A DNA stretch of 64,000 bases from Octopus sinensis (GCF_006345805.1 NC_042997.1:211978001-212042000), one strand, 5' to 3'. Positions 49,962 to 63,506 are shown, counted from the stretch's first letter. Notes: generated by a model from the letters alone, not told the origin. Numbers and translations are program-made.

Positions 49962-52107
49962 TACATATCTGTCTGAGTGAATCCACTGCATGGCTCAGTA
50001 GTGACATTCCTCTTAATCTGAATGGATCTGCCAATACTTTGAAGATGAGCAGCAGAAAGCAAATGCTAAAACCTCCCATCTTGTCTGTGTGTCCACTGGA
50101 GATGGTTTGCTGAAGATCTCTAAGTAAACCCCTGCTATATTCTATAAGATACTTAAATATAAATGCACATGCACACACGCACACAGTGAAGAGCCATATT
50201 GTTTTAGATATGCTTTCAACACCTTTTGGTTGTTATATTTCTGCCATAAGTAATTAAGGGAAATGGATTTAGTCACAGGTGATAAGCAATGAGTTAATCT
50301 GGTTTTATTGATGAAAACAAAGAGGAAATAAACAAAATAAATATTTGTAAAAAGGAAAAAGAAAAGTGAAAAGTAGCGGATGTAATTTTCTGGGATTTGT
50401 TCACACTATAAATGTTGGAATTCAATAAAAAGATACGAAAAACAGATTTTTTCCCCTCCAAAGTGTTAACACTAAAGCATGTATATTCTGTTGGACATGG
50501 TATCGAACAGCAATGGTGAGTAGATTCACAGGAAGAGTTTAGGAACAGCAACACTTATTAAAAGGTAATGATCGGACATTGTAGCACTTTTCTGGAAAAC
50601 CTAATATAATTTCCAGCAAAGCTTTTATCAGATGGCCAGCAGCTAATCTCTTGGAATATGGCAGGAGAGAGAGAGAGAGAGAGTTGACAGTAATTTTGCA
50701 ATGCTATTATAGTAATGGTAGCGAATCAAATTAGAAGAAAACCTCCCGAATATCAAGCAAACGTCTGATTCTTCTGTGGTAGGAAATATGGAAAAAGCTA
50801 CACACACGCATGCACACACACACACACGCATGCACGCACACACACACACACGCGCATGCACACACACAGAGTTGTGAATGAGTATCAATAAAATTAGCAT
50901 CACTCTAGATATTATATTCCAATAAATTATCAGCTATTCTCATTAATTAGTTCATTATTCATCAGTTGTAAAGTGGTCTACCTCTGAGTGATGAAGATGT
51001 GAAAGAATAAGTCACAGCTGTGGCTGTGGACGGCTTCGTGCAGAGAAAATCAGGAAATCAATAAGCAATTAGCTGAATTGATTGGTTTATTTTGTGTGAG
51101 AAAGTCTCCCATTGAGATGCAGCTAAGTTTCTTTCTCTCGCTGCAACAAAATGCAGCTCAATGCAAAAATGAACTGCTATGATGTGCCGAAAACCACAAA
51201 TGGTTGGCTTAATAGATGTCTACAAACAACATGGCAGACAGGGATCACCTGGCAGGAGAGGAGGAGCATCCTGTCCCCTAAAATACAACTAGGGTAGGGT
51301 CTGATGCTGCTAATACAGATGTTGAAAAACTGCAACGAATGTGGTTATCAAAGCAATTAGTAAATAAAAAACACCTTGGAGGGAGTTTTTATCTGCTAAT
51401 CTAATGACAACAGGGGAGACAACTGCAATAAGATCAGCTGATTGAAACTTGAAAGATATACACTGCAATGGAACTGGTCTTTTAAAACCAACAAATGAAA
51501 GTAATTCTGGTCACAATGGTCCTTCTCAGCAGATTAACATCAGTTGACAAAACTCAAACGTGATCAGTGAGCATGTGTGTGCATCGTCATTCCTTTTAAC
51601 ATCTATTTTTCCTTGCTTGCATGGGTCAGACAAGAATATATTAAGGGTTTCCTCCAGTCACCAACTCAAACCAACTTCCAACTGAAGTGGTAATCTCCCA
51701 GTCTTTCAAGCAACAAACAGCCTGGACATGTTTCATGCAGTGAACCCGAAACAAACGCTACCAGTTGAATGAGTTTTTTTGTTTACAATGATTGTGTGAA
51801 ATGCAAAGACATGTCTGGAAGCTGAGACGTGGTTTTGAGGTGAACTGTGAGCAAACGAAGCAGCTGGGGGAGGACATCGTTTAGAAGCCAGCGAATTCAA
51901 GGGAAAAACAAAGTCACTGAAACACACACACACAGACATGACAGGTAGATGGAAACTTAAAGAAGCTTAATTGACCCAACAGATGCTGGTTGGTCAGGGG
52001 CCATAGTAGGAAACACTGGCGAAAGGTGCCTTGCAGTGAGATTGAACCTTAAACCACATAACTGGAAAGTGAACTTCACAACCACACTGCTTTGCCAGGG
52101 TATGTAC

Positions 52108-52322
52108 CGGCGAGCTGGCAGAAACGTTAGCACGCCGGGCGAAATGCTTAGCGGTATTTTGTCTGCGTTACGTTGTGAGTTCAAATTCCGCCGAGGTCAA
52201 CTTTGCCTTTCATCCTTTCAGGGTCGATTAAATTAAGTACCAGTTACGCACTGGGGTCGATATAAAATCGACTTAATCTGTTTGTCTGTCCTTGTTTGTC
52301 CCCTCTGTGTAATAAAGAAATA
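52108..52322 (+). mobile_element. SINE family C
   Basis: Full-length copy. Confidence 0.85.
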
Positions 52323-52397
52323 GGTATGTACACACACACACACTCTCTCTGTCATGCATGCATGTGCACACACACACACACTCTTCAGGCTCATGCA

Positions 52398-52455
<58 letters not shown>

Positions 52456-52754
52456 TGATGTAGTGACATTTTCAAATGTGGTTTTCCCTTTGATGTTGCG
52501 TGGTTTATCAATGGAAGATTTCAAAGAATCTCTGACTCTGCCGGCAGCAGCCACCATTCCTCCTTTCTTTGTTGTTATTTTTACATCACAGCAAAAGTCA
52601 TCAAAACTGACACGGAACCGAAATAGAAGGGACTGCAACCACAACCACAACAGCAACAACCACAACAAAGCGAATAGATCTCTTCTGAGGATGTTGCAAC
52701 TGAACATCAGACTCGACAGTTAGTGTGAGAGGAGGCTGGTGAGTGGGTAAGTGG

Positions 52755-52897
52755 AGGGGGGGGAGATAGGGGACGGTTGGAGAGCGATGGGGGAGAGAGA
52801 TAGGGGACGGTTGGAGAGCGGTGGGGGAGAGAGATAGGGGACGGTTGGAAAGCGGTGGGGGAGAGAGATAGGGGACGGTTGGAAAGCGGTGGGGGGG
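52755..52897. repeat. 34-bp G-rich minisatellite, about 4 copies
   Basis: taggggacggttgg recurs at 52767, 52801, 52835 and 52869. Confidence 0.92.
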
Positions 52898-53689
52898 TAT
52901 TGAAGGGATTTTGTTGTCTGATAAAATTCGATACAGGTTCAGAGAATGAGTAAATGTTTGATGAAGAAAGACAGAATAAAGATGGTTGGGAAGAAGATAT
53001 GTTTTCCAGGTGCAGGAGTGGCTGTGTGGTAAGAAGCTTGCTTCCCAACCACATGGTTCCTGGTTCAATCCCGACTATCTATTATACTTATAACTGTAAA
53101 GTTTAAAATTTACTGATTACATTAATGAAAGATTCCTGCGGACTAAACACTCTGAGGCAGTGGTAATAAAACTGTTGCCTTCTTGTGGGACGGCTTCCCA
53201 GTTTCAATGGCATATATTTTCTCCACCTGGACAAGACGCCAGTCCATTGTGGGATTAACTCATTTTTGCTGAGTGGAGTGGAGCAATGTGAAATGAAGTA
53301 TTTTGCTCAAGAACACAATGTGTTTCTCAGTCCAGGAATTGAAACCACAATCTTACGATTATGAGTCCTACACCCTAATCACTTAACCACACGCCCCCTC
53401 GGGGCAGTCGTAAGGGAATGGCAAATGGTAAAAGTGTATGAGAGAGAGAGAGAGAGAGAGAGAGTATTCAACTGAATGCTACAAGTACATGTGCTTACTC
53501 ACATACATACATACACTGATGGAACACACACACAGACAATTAGCAGTGGTGGTGGTGATGCGGATGGGTGTGCAAGCCATTGGCATCCCTATGTGAGTAT
53601 ACTGTGCATATAGTTGCATAGTTTTCCCAACTATCTTATTATACTAATAACTGTATTCCTAACTTTTTTTGTAACAGATGAATGATTGT

Positions 53690-53872
53690 GGCACGTAAAA
53701 AGCACCCACTACACTCACGGAGTGGTTGACGTTAGGAAGGGCATCCAGCTGTAGAAACACTGCCAGATCAGACTGGAGCCTGGTGCAGCTCTGGCTTCCC
53801 AGACCCCAGTCGAACCGTCCAACCCATGCCAGCATGGAAAGCGGACGTTAAACGATGATAATGATGATGATG
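53690..53872 (+). mobile_element. RTE 3'-tail copy
   Basis: Same family. Confidence 0.85.
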
Positions 53873-54801
53873 TATAACCGTATATCCTGGATATGAGTGT
53901 TACCAACTCTACAACATTAGGTGCTGCTTAAATCATTGTATAATTGAAACAGGGTTTGGTGAGTTCCAACGGACAGCAATCTGAGAGCAGAACAGAGAAA
54001 GCTGAATTGAGAGAAGCAGAGAAGACAGAGGCCAAGACTGGAGAAGAACCAAGAATTAGGAATGACAGGAAACATTGTCTCAAAAGGGATAAAATCAAGC
54101 CAGAAGATGTCCTACGATGATAAACGACAAACGATGATAAGCAAGAATATTTTGCACAAGTCAGAATGAAAAGATGAGAAAGAAGAGAAAAGATGGCCAC
54201 AGAAAACTGACAAGATTCCATGGAAATTCATGGAAGGATTATAAAGGAAATGGCAGGATATCATTGCTGAGTGGGGGGATGTTTAGGGCTGACACTAGAC
54301 CAGAAAATAGGCTGTGAATTTTCCACAGGTGCTGCTAGTATATTTGATAGGAAGAAACAAAAGATGACTGAAGCGAAAAAAAAACCCAAAACAACAACAA
54401 AAAAAAAAACCATGATTTTCAAATATTTCTGAAGTTAAGAAAGGAATCATTTTTTTTTTCCTCAGGTGCCCTCAGCCTCAACTTTTGAAATCTTTTCAAA
54501 GATGGTGCATCTATGTAATTGAATATAATGAATTTAACAAATTGCCACAGAATAAATATGATTTTGTACATAATTAGCGTTTTTCAACAAAAGTTGACTT
54601 ATTTACGCTGTATGAATATTTACGAAGACGCTAAGTGATTAAATGGGTGTTCTTACAAAACAACCGTCATTCTGCTTCAAACATTTAATAATTTACAACA
54701 GTAACCACCTTTATATTTGGAACAAGAGAAACACTCAGCAGTGAATCTGTTTGTTATAACACAGACTTCTTATGTGAGAGCAAGACCTCCCAAAAGCAAG
54801 C

Positions 54802-54833
<32 letters not shown>

Positions 54834-55811
54834 CAGCATTGTACTGAAGCAACTTGGAGACAAAACTGTCCTAGAGACAACTAACTATTCTCTACGTCTC
54901 TCACTAAGTCTCTCTCTGCCATCCAATCACCTATATAATAATAAAGGATGGTAGGGCACTGGATTGGCCAGCCACACTCTACAACCTCCCTCCATTACTA
55001 CCAGCCTTCACCCTCTCTTTTTCTCTCTCATTACTCCCACCTCTTTTCATTACCCTGTCTCTTTCACTTTACTTACAAACCTCAGATCATAAATTCTGAA
55101 CCAAACCCATTAATTGTCAGAGCAAACTAAAAAGTCAGGCTGTTTAATATTTATACTGAAATCTTCCCCTCATTGCTTCCTGTCAATCTCCCCAGCAATG
55201 ACCTTCATGGAGCTGTCTCTGGTTCTTTCCCCTCTTCTACTCCTCTGGTTCTTTTCCATTGCTCTAAGCCTCCTGTTCTGAGGGTGGGGTGCGGAGACTT
55301 AGAAACAAATGCAGAGAAGAGTATTTGCAATGGTGTACAGTGCGGGTGGGGGGTGGGAGAGATTAAAGGAAAGTCATTTCAGGTCAACATTGATTCTGAT
55401 CTTAAAGTAAAACAAAGAAGAAATAGTCTGTACACAAAATGGCCTTAGTGCCAGCTGACACAAATTACAAATACATAAATTTATGAAAACACACACACAC
55501 AACAGATGTTTCACATGAAGAAAAAAACTCGCAATAATTTAAAGGTAGTTTTACGTTAGAATATTAAAACATAAATAATCCTCACCAAACCATTTCTATC
55601 TCTCTTTCTTTTCTGACAGCATCAAGAAAAGAAATTATTTCTAATGGGTGCTTGTCTGTTATAAATTAAGCAGGATCTCTGTGGTCACTTAACCTGACAG
55701 AAACAGCAGTCAAATTTCCCTTAAATCACATCCAACAGTTTTGAAGAAGGAAGGATATATTTAATAATGTACGTATGTACGTGTGTGTATGTATGTATAT
55801 ATGCATGAATA

Positions 55812-55842
<31 letters not shown>

Positions 55843-55844
55843 AT

Positions 55845-57215
55845 ATATGCTAGAGCTTTCATTTCTGTGCCACACAAACGACTCCTGGCAAAACTCTCTG
55901 CAATGGCTATGAAAGATGGTCTCTATAACTGGCTGAAGTCCTTCATTCTCAGTCGAAAAGACGTAGTCATGGTTCTAGGACATCATTCTATGAGATGACA
56001 TCTAGTGTACCACAAGGATCTGTTCTTGGACATATTTTAATGACATAGATGCCAACTTGAAGAATGTTACATCAAATTGTACCTTGAGCTAAAAAGAACA
56101 GACCCTACACGCTATGGATCTGTCCTGCAATATGACCTGGACACGATGCAGCAATGGATTACTGACTGGCAACTGAAGTTGGCTGTGTACAAGTGCATTA
56201 CCTTGTATTTTGGGAAGAAAACCCAGTTTTTACACACTCCCTCAACAACATCAATCTCATGAAGTCTGTAAATGTGACCTGGGCATTATTCATCATCATC
56301 ATCATTTAACGTCTGCTTTCCATGCTAGCATGGGTTGGATGAATGACTTGAGGTCTGTTGAACCAGATGGCTGCACCAGGCTCCAATCTGATCTGGCAGA
56401 GTTTCTACAGCTGGATGCCCTTCCTAACGCTAACCACTCCGAGAGTGTAATGAGTGCTTTTTACGTACCACCGGCTCGGGGTCAGTCAGGCGGTACTGGC
56501 AATGACTTCGCTCGAATCTTTTACACATGCCACCGGCACAGGTGCCAGTAAGGCGACGTTGGTGACGATCATGCTTGAATGGTGTCTTTTACGTGCCACT
56601 GGCACGGAGGCCAGATAGCCGCTCTGGCAACCATCATGCTCGGATTGTCAACAGCAATCTGTGTTGAACAAGCCACATCTTTAAGATTGTCAAGAAGGCC
56701 AAGGGTGTCCTAGCGTCACTCAGTAAGACCTTTGTCGGCCACTCTCCAGCTATCTATTTGAAGCTGTATATGACTATGGTGTGTCCACACTTAGAGTTTG
56801 CATCACCAGCCTGGAACCCCTGTCTTGCTCATCATATCAATCTCCTGGAAATTGTACAGAAACATGCAATCCCTCGTCAGGCCCCTACCATACTCTGAAC
56901 ATCTTGCTTCCCTGGGCATGGACACATTAAAGCTCCGATGTTTGGCAACTGACGTGGTACACACCCACAAGATTATCCACCATCTTCCCTACAAATATCT
57001 TGGGTACCTTTTTTGAATTCCATTTTGTCAAACACTCATGGACATGCTCACAAAATAAAAAAAGCAACAACACACCACCCATGACTTTTGGAAACATTTT
57101 TTCATACTCAGAATTGATGAAGCATGGAATAAACTACCCGCGTCAGTCATTAGCCGTCGAGATACGACATTCTTCAAAAGTTCCTGAAATTTACCAAAGT
57201 ACACCTGAATCCATC
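55845..57215 (+). mobile_element. Degenerate CR1-clade LINE RT
   Basis: RAFISVPHKRLLAKL..NWLKSFI, gtgtaccacaaggatctgttcttgga (GVPQGSVLG), KLYMTMVCPHLEFASPAWNP. Confidence 0.85.
56291..56645 (-). mobile_element. RTE 3'-tail copy nested in a CR1 relic
   Basis: Interrupts CR1 RT homology. Confidence 0.85.
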
Positions 57216-57450
57216 CCTGCTCATTTCTTTCTATTTTCTTTTGTGAATACTTATTCAGCGTTTCACTTCCAGTGCCTGTTCTACGCATCGTTCATGCAGT
57301 TTTGGTTACTTTTTCTGAGGAGTTGTGGAGCGCCTGAGCAGCAGCACTGGGCACAATGGCTACATCCATTATAACAGGCAAAGACTTGTTCACCATCGAA
57401 AGAGTAGAGAAGACTTTGTGAAAAAATCTTTATATGGCAATATAGAGTAC

Positions 57451-57740
57451 ATCATCATCATCATCATCATCGTTTAACGTCCATTTTCCGCGCTAGCACG
57501 GGTTGGACGGTTCGACCAGGGTCTGGGAAGCCAGGGGCTGCACCAGGCTCCAGTCTGATCTGGCAGTGTTTCTACGGCTGGATGCCCTTCCTAACACCAA
57601 CCACTCCGCGAGTGTAGTGGGTGCTTTTTACGTGCCACCTGCACAGGTGCCAGGGGGGGGTCTGGCATCGGCCACGATCGGTTGGTGCTTTTAACGTGCC
57701 ACCGGCACGGAAGCCAGCCCTGGTGGCGCTGGCATCGGCC
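57451..57740 (-). mobile_element. RTE 3'-tail copy (CpG-rich, young-looking)
   Basis: Same family. Confidence 0.85.
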
Positions 57741-58003
57741 AATATACATTAAGAAATATTCGCTACAAGTACTCAGATTTCTTCAAGAAGAGAGAGAGAG
57801 AGAGAAGAGTATTTCTTTATTCACCATAAGGTTGAGAAAAAGAGGGGACGATACGAGGACAGACAAAACAAACATTGGGGTCAGGGTATCGAATGAGACG
57901 AAACCTATGAATAAACAATTAAAATATATACAATTAAATGAGAATGAGTGATTTACAAAAAATGAAGAGAAGAGAGAGAGAGAGACAGACACACAGACAG
58001 AAA

Positions 58004-58517
58004 TCTATATATATAAAACTGTAGTTGTGTGAGTGTCTGTCCCCTTCGATTTAGATTCCTAACTCCTCCCACATTTTGCGGTGCAGTTTAACCAAATTCG
58101 GGTATCTTATAGTCGTGATTCATATCGAGCCCTTCTGGGTATTAGCGCGCGTCTACGATGAGTCTACGATTTTAAAAATAATTTAACATCATTTTTTATT
58201 CCATTTTAATGCATAATTTTTCGTGTGTTGATGGCGGCGGAGTTGGCGTCCATGGTCACACCTGCACCTGTGTTGCTTTTCCCCCTTCTTCCCTCCCTCG
58301 TGAAGCTGTGGGGAAGGGAGTGTAAGGAAATCAATGTCGTAAAGCGTTGTCAAGGAGACCAGCGTTCTTTTAGAACAACGACTTCATGGCTTGAAGACAC
58401 CAAAACAGAAATGGCTAAGAAAGCCCGAATTGGCATCTATAAGGGAAGTAACTCTCTAAAAATGCTTATATAGTTATTTCCCTTACAAACCCGAGCAACG
58501 CCGGGTGATACTGCTAG
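58004..58517 (+). mobile_element. Non-autonomous Helitron
   Basis: A/TCtatatatataaaa 5' end, 3' hairpin cccg-agcaacgc-cggg (58490-58505), CTAG/T 3' end, no TSD. Confidence 0.85.
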
Positions 58518-59142
58518 TGTTTATATAAACGATGGCCTGATTATATATTGTATTTTTAAATGGTAGACTGGTCCATGGTGTCCAAAAACCAGAATAAAGG
58601 ATGAGACTTATTATAATAAAACATGTTAAATCACGACTTGTATGATTGATAATGAGTGATGATGATGGTAGTGATGGTGACGATGGTGCTGCTACTGATG
58701 ATGATGATGATGATGATAATTCCAAGTTATGAGGCCATAACACATGTGATTTGTTTCTATGCCAACGGTTTTATTTATTATAACGAAAAACAACAAAACC
58801 CTCTTCAAGAATTACCAAAGTTATAACTCTGTGTGCTGGTGGCGGCGGCGGTTTTTTTTTTTTGTAAATCAGTCTGTTTTTGAAGAGTTACTGGCAGAAG
58901 ACATTAACCAGTCTGAAGGTAAGAAAGTGCTGCCTTGGTAAATGGTAAATATAGACTTGCACTACAGCTGATGATGATGGTGAGGAGGATGATGATGATG
59001 GTGAGGAGGATGATTTCACTGCTGCAGGGAGTGTGGTGGGGTAACAAGACTGGTATGTATGTGTTTGTGTAGGGAGAGAGGGAGACAGAGAGAGCAAACG
59101 AATCTCTCTCTCTCACATATGTAAGTGTGTGTGTGTGTGTGT

Positions 59143-59179
<37 letters not shown>

Positions 59180-60243
59180 CAAGGGGTAAGAAGGGATTAA
59201 CTAAATCCAGGCAGATTAGAGTGTAGAGTGCATTTGGTGTTAAGCAAACTAGGTTAACTGCATCAAACAATCAAATACCAAGAAATTCAAATGGAATTAA
59301 AGTCCAAGGTAATTCCTCGTAGATGATAAATAAATCTAAATATCAGTTGGGAAAAAATCACACCTTTTGTATCTATGTGTGTGTGTGTAGTAGTAGTAGG
59401 TGCAGGTGTGGTCGAATGATTAAGAAGTCTGCTTCCCTGCCACCTGGTTTTGAGTTCAGTCCCACTGGGTAGCAAGGGTTCTTTACTTGGGCAAGTGTCC
59501 TCTACTATAGCCCTGGGCCAATGCAAGCCACGCGAGTAGATTTGATACAAATATAGATGTAAAGATGGATACGTGTGTGAGTGTTTGTATCTCCTTGTCT
59601 TGACGTTGTGTGGATGTATCTCCTTGTCTTGACGTTGTGTGGATGTCGTACATAAACGCCACTCATTTCCGAGATTATCTGGAAAACCTGTCTGGCCACG
59701 GGGCCATATTTACCTTGCTTGGAAAGAGGAGAGGGTTGGTGACAGGAAGAGCATCTGGGCATAGAAAATCTACTCAATAGACTGCATCCATTATATAAAT
59801 AATACAGGGTAAACTCAGTAAACAAAAACCCTTTCAGGTAAATATAAAAAATTATTCTATAATTATATACATAATTATAACAAGGGGTCAGCTATGTGCC
59901 TTGCCCCGATCTGAATAAGAAATAGTTGCTAATGTCTTTATCTCCAAGAAAATACCCGAGAAAAGACATCAGCGTCTATTTCTAATTCAGTACATGGCAA
60001 AGCACATAGCTGACCCCTTGTTATAATTATGTATATACTCATAGAATAATTTACATATGTATATATATATATATAGTAGAATGTGAGGCTATAGTAGAAG
60101 ACACTAGCCCAAGGTGCCACACAGTGAGACTGAACCTGGAACCATGAGGTTGAGAAGCAAGCTACTTACCACACAGCCATGCCAGCTCCTATATCTTAAA
60201 GTGTCTTTCTTCTTTTGGATTTGTTTTTTACAGACGATATATA

Positions 60244-60752
60244 TCATCATCATCATCATAGTTTAACGTCCGTTTTCCATGCTAGCATGGGTTGGACGGG
60301 AAATATATATATACATATAGCCGATGCCAGCGCTGCCTCGACTGGCTTCTGTGCCAGTGGCACGTGACCTGCTGTGCTTGAGGAGACCTATTGAGTCAAG
60401 TACATCAACATCAAAATAAATATCAAATGGAAATTGTAGTTGTGATACCTGTGCCGGTGGCACGTAAAAAGCACCATCCGAATGTGGCTGATGCCAGCAC
60501 CACCTTGACTGGCTTCTGTGCTGGTGGCATGTAAAAAGCACCAACTGATCATGGCCGTTGCCAGCCTCCTCTGGCCCCTGTGCTGGTGGCACGTAAAAAA
60601 CACCCACTACACTCACTGAGTGGTTGGCATTAGGAAGGGCATCCAGCTGTAGAAACACTGCCAGATCAGACTGGAGCCTGGTACAGCCTCCTGGCTTCCC
60701 AGACCCCGGTTGAACCGTCCAACCCATGCTAGCACAGACAACGGATGTTAAA
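60244..60752. mobile_element. RTE 3'-tail copy (+) preceded by an inverted tail fragment (-)
   Basis: 60244-60300 is the approximate reverse complement of 60700-60752. Confidence 0.8.
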
Positions 60753-62361
60753 CAATGATGATGATGATGATGATATATACATACATGTGCACACACGTAC
60801 ATACTATAAAACATGGTGGGTTTTCTTTCCTGACGAGTGTGGAAAGTGAAGAAGACAAAGAAGAAGAAGAAGAAAGGAAAGAAAATGTAACATCACATCC
60901 ATCCACTTATTTTCTTCAAATCAGAAACTGAGATAAAGCATAGGGAATGTGTGTGTGTGTGTGAGACAGGCTGTGTGAATATGTGTGAGAGAGCCAGTAA
61001 TGTGGTATGGATGTAGCAGAATCTGGAACTCCCAATTCCATGTTCATCATTTTGTTCTGCTTTTGTCATGGAGCAGGGAAAAAAAAAAAAAGGAATTAAT
61101 TTTTTTTAATCAATTTTATTTTTGCAAAACAAGAAAAAAAAAAAAAACTCAACAAAACCATTCTTTGTAGAACAGAATGGAACTTTGGTGCATAGAATGT
61201 AGCAACGAGGTGTATAGAGAAGAGTTTAATAGTTGTGAGTATGGTGAGAGAATAAAGAGGAAATTTGAGAATTAGTGATGCAGCAAACACATAGCTACAG
61301 ACTGGCTTGAATGTGACATTATTAAGGGTCTATTACAGTAAGAATGGCAACAAAGGGCCAGGCTGGAATGTAGACTGTATAAATTTGAATATTAAATAGT
61401 TGCATGAAAGGTCACAACACTGGAATAATAGTAGGTCATGAAATCTACTTAACGTCTGCCTGGCCATTTTGTATTCCTAGATGTTAGAGAGAAACTGAAG
61501 TGTCAGCAGTCTGTCAGAGAGGGAGGTCATTGGTGGAATGGTAAACGAGAGAGAGACAAGCTAAGCATTAGCTAATGGGCTCTGGCAGAAGAGAAACACC
61601 AGTCCCCCCCCACCTCCACTCCTGCTGTTTCTGTCTCTGAAACAACAAGGGGTTACCCTCAGAGGTTACCCTGGAAAGCCTTCCCATCTAACCAGTTGCT
61701 ATTTGAACTGGAAATGTGTAAGAAATATTTCCCAGGGACAAAATAACAAATAAAAGAAGCCCTAAAGAATATCAGGTTGTGATGTTCATGCCTTTCCTCT
61801 GGCCGTTGGTAATATGACATCTAAAGAGAACAGCAAATAGTTTTAAGTCTCTGAGCAAGAAATATGGAGTAACAGCAAAGAACAGGGAAGTCCATTTGCT
61901 GAGACAGTGTGGCAGTCGTTCAGAGGATGATGTTGCTACATTTTAGCCAGGGCTAAAAAGTAGCAACATTGTCCTCTGTACGGCTGCTACTCTGTCTCAG
62001 CAAATGGACATTACTCAATGACATCTGTTGTATAAGAAACAGAGCCTCTACCACATTAGGCAACTGCTAGAAATAGCAATTAAATCAACTTGAAATCACA
62101 GCTTATCATCTTAAAGGACACAGATGTTATCTTGGATACATCATGCTCAACAGGATAGTCACAACTGGAATACTTTGCTGAAAGAAGCTAAACAACAAAT
62201 CTGTGTATAAAATACAGACTTGGTGCTGAGTTCCACTTTCATAAAAAGAAATGAGAAGTTGTGACATTCATACCTTTCTCAAGTGATGCATTTCTAACAA
62301 TCAAAATAATTTCCCAGACTTTGCTGACAACTTTGGACTCTAAGATATTGTTTTGTTATTT

Positions 62362-62562
62362 ACATAGGTCTAGGTACACTGGCAGCTAAATACTTCAGTA
62401 CATAGGTACCTAGGTACATTGGTAGCTAAATACCTAAGTACATAGGCACATCAGTACTTAGGTACAAGGCTGCCCAGGTATATTAGTACCTAGGTACTGC
62501 AGTGCCTTGTTACATTGGCACCTAGGCATATCTGTACCTGGGTACATCAAAACCTAAGTATG
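62362..62562. repeat. Degenerate tandem array of palindromic gtacctaggtac-like units
   Basis: Repeated tacctaggta / tacttaggta / tacctaagta variants. Confidence 0.7.
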
Positions 62563-62954
62563 TGCAAAGGACAATCAGTAAAAGTCCTGATGGTTTTGTG
62601 ACATTACCCAAGATGCCTTGCAACAGATTTGAACTCAGGATGAGATGGTCGTGAAGCAAATGTCCCGAACAACAGCAGCCATGCTTGGTCCACCAAAAGC
62701 CACTCTAACCAGGCTAGCGGGGAAGAAAACATGAACGAAACCTTTCACAACCAAGGAGAAAGAAACATTTTATATTTGTCTGTCCCTGTCTGTAGTTTGC
62801 TGAAGGTCAACTTTGATCCACCAGGCTTAGGATTAAAGGCTGATCCTGATTCAGGCTAAATCCCCTAATGTCTCCTTCCTATTGTAAAATGTGATTGGAG
62901 GGAGATCTGGCTGCTCTTTCTGCTATTCACTGCTCTAGAGATAAGCCATTGCCA

Positions 62955-63120
62955 TCACGTTCTGAGTTCAAATTCCACCGAGGTCGACTTTGCCTTTCAT
63001 CCTTTCGGGGTCGATTAAGTAAGTACCAGTTACGCACTGGGATCGATATAATCGACTTAATCCATTTGTCTGTCCTTGTTTGTCCTCTCTGTGTTTAGCC
63101 CCTTGTGGGTGGTAAAGATA
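62955..63120 (+). mobile_element. SINE family C (5'-truncated)
   Basis: Same family. Confidence 0.8.
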
Positions 63121-63471
63121 TCTCATACGAGTGCAAACCCAGCTTAAATAATACCACACACTTATGGTTTGAGTTTTTGATGTTTGAACACAACAGGAAA
63201 AGGCTGAGACGAATTGGGGGGGGGAGCACAGTAGAAGAAAGAAAGGGGAAAGATGAAGAAAAAGAAGGGGAGAAAGAGGCAAAAGAAAAAAGACCAAGAT
63301 TAGAATGAAATGAGAAATGCTGCATGCAAACCTCCATCCACCCCACCAACCTAAGTTATTTACTCCTTCAACCCCCAAACTGAATATGTGACGGGGGGGG
63401 GGAGCAATTTTCCACAATAATAGTAATTAGTTTATCACTACTGAGCATAGTTGGTAAATTGAATCTGAGGC

Positions 63472-63506
<35 letters not shown>

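Noticed and set aside
53950-54290. Third R4/Dong-like fragment
   Set aside because: Only one weak motif (IHGRIIKEM), too degenerate to call as a feature.
54466-54520. Plus-strand exon after tttttttcctcag
   Set aside because: No good donor, an in-frame stop follows soon, and there is no recognisable homology.
145-63417. Most ORF-track entries (e.g. 16709-17353, 28165-28770, 40277-40873, 45139-45681, 60263-60814)
   Set aside because: They are frames through SINEs, LINE tails, antisense LINE sequence or microsatellites, with no splice structure or host-protein motifs.
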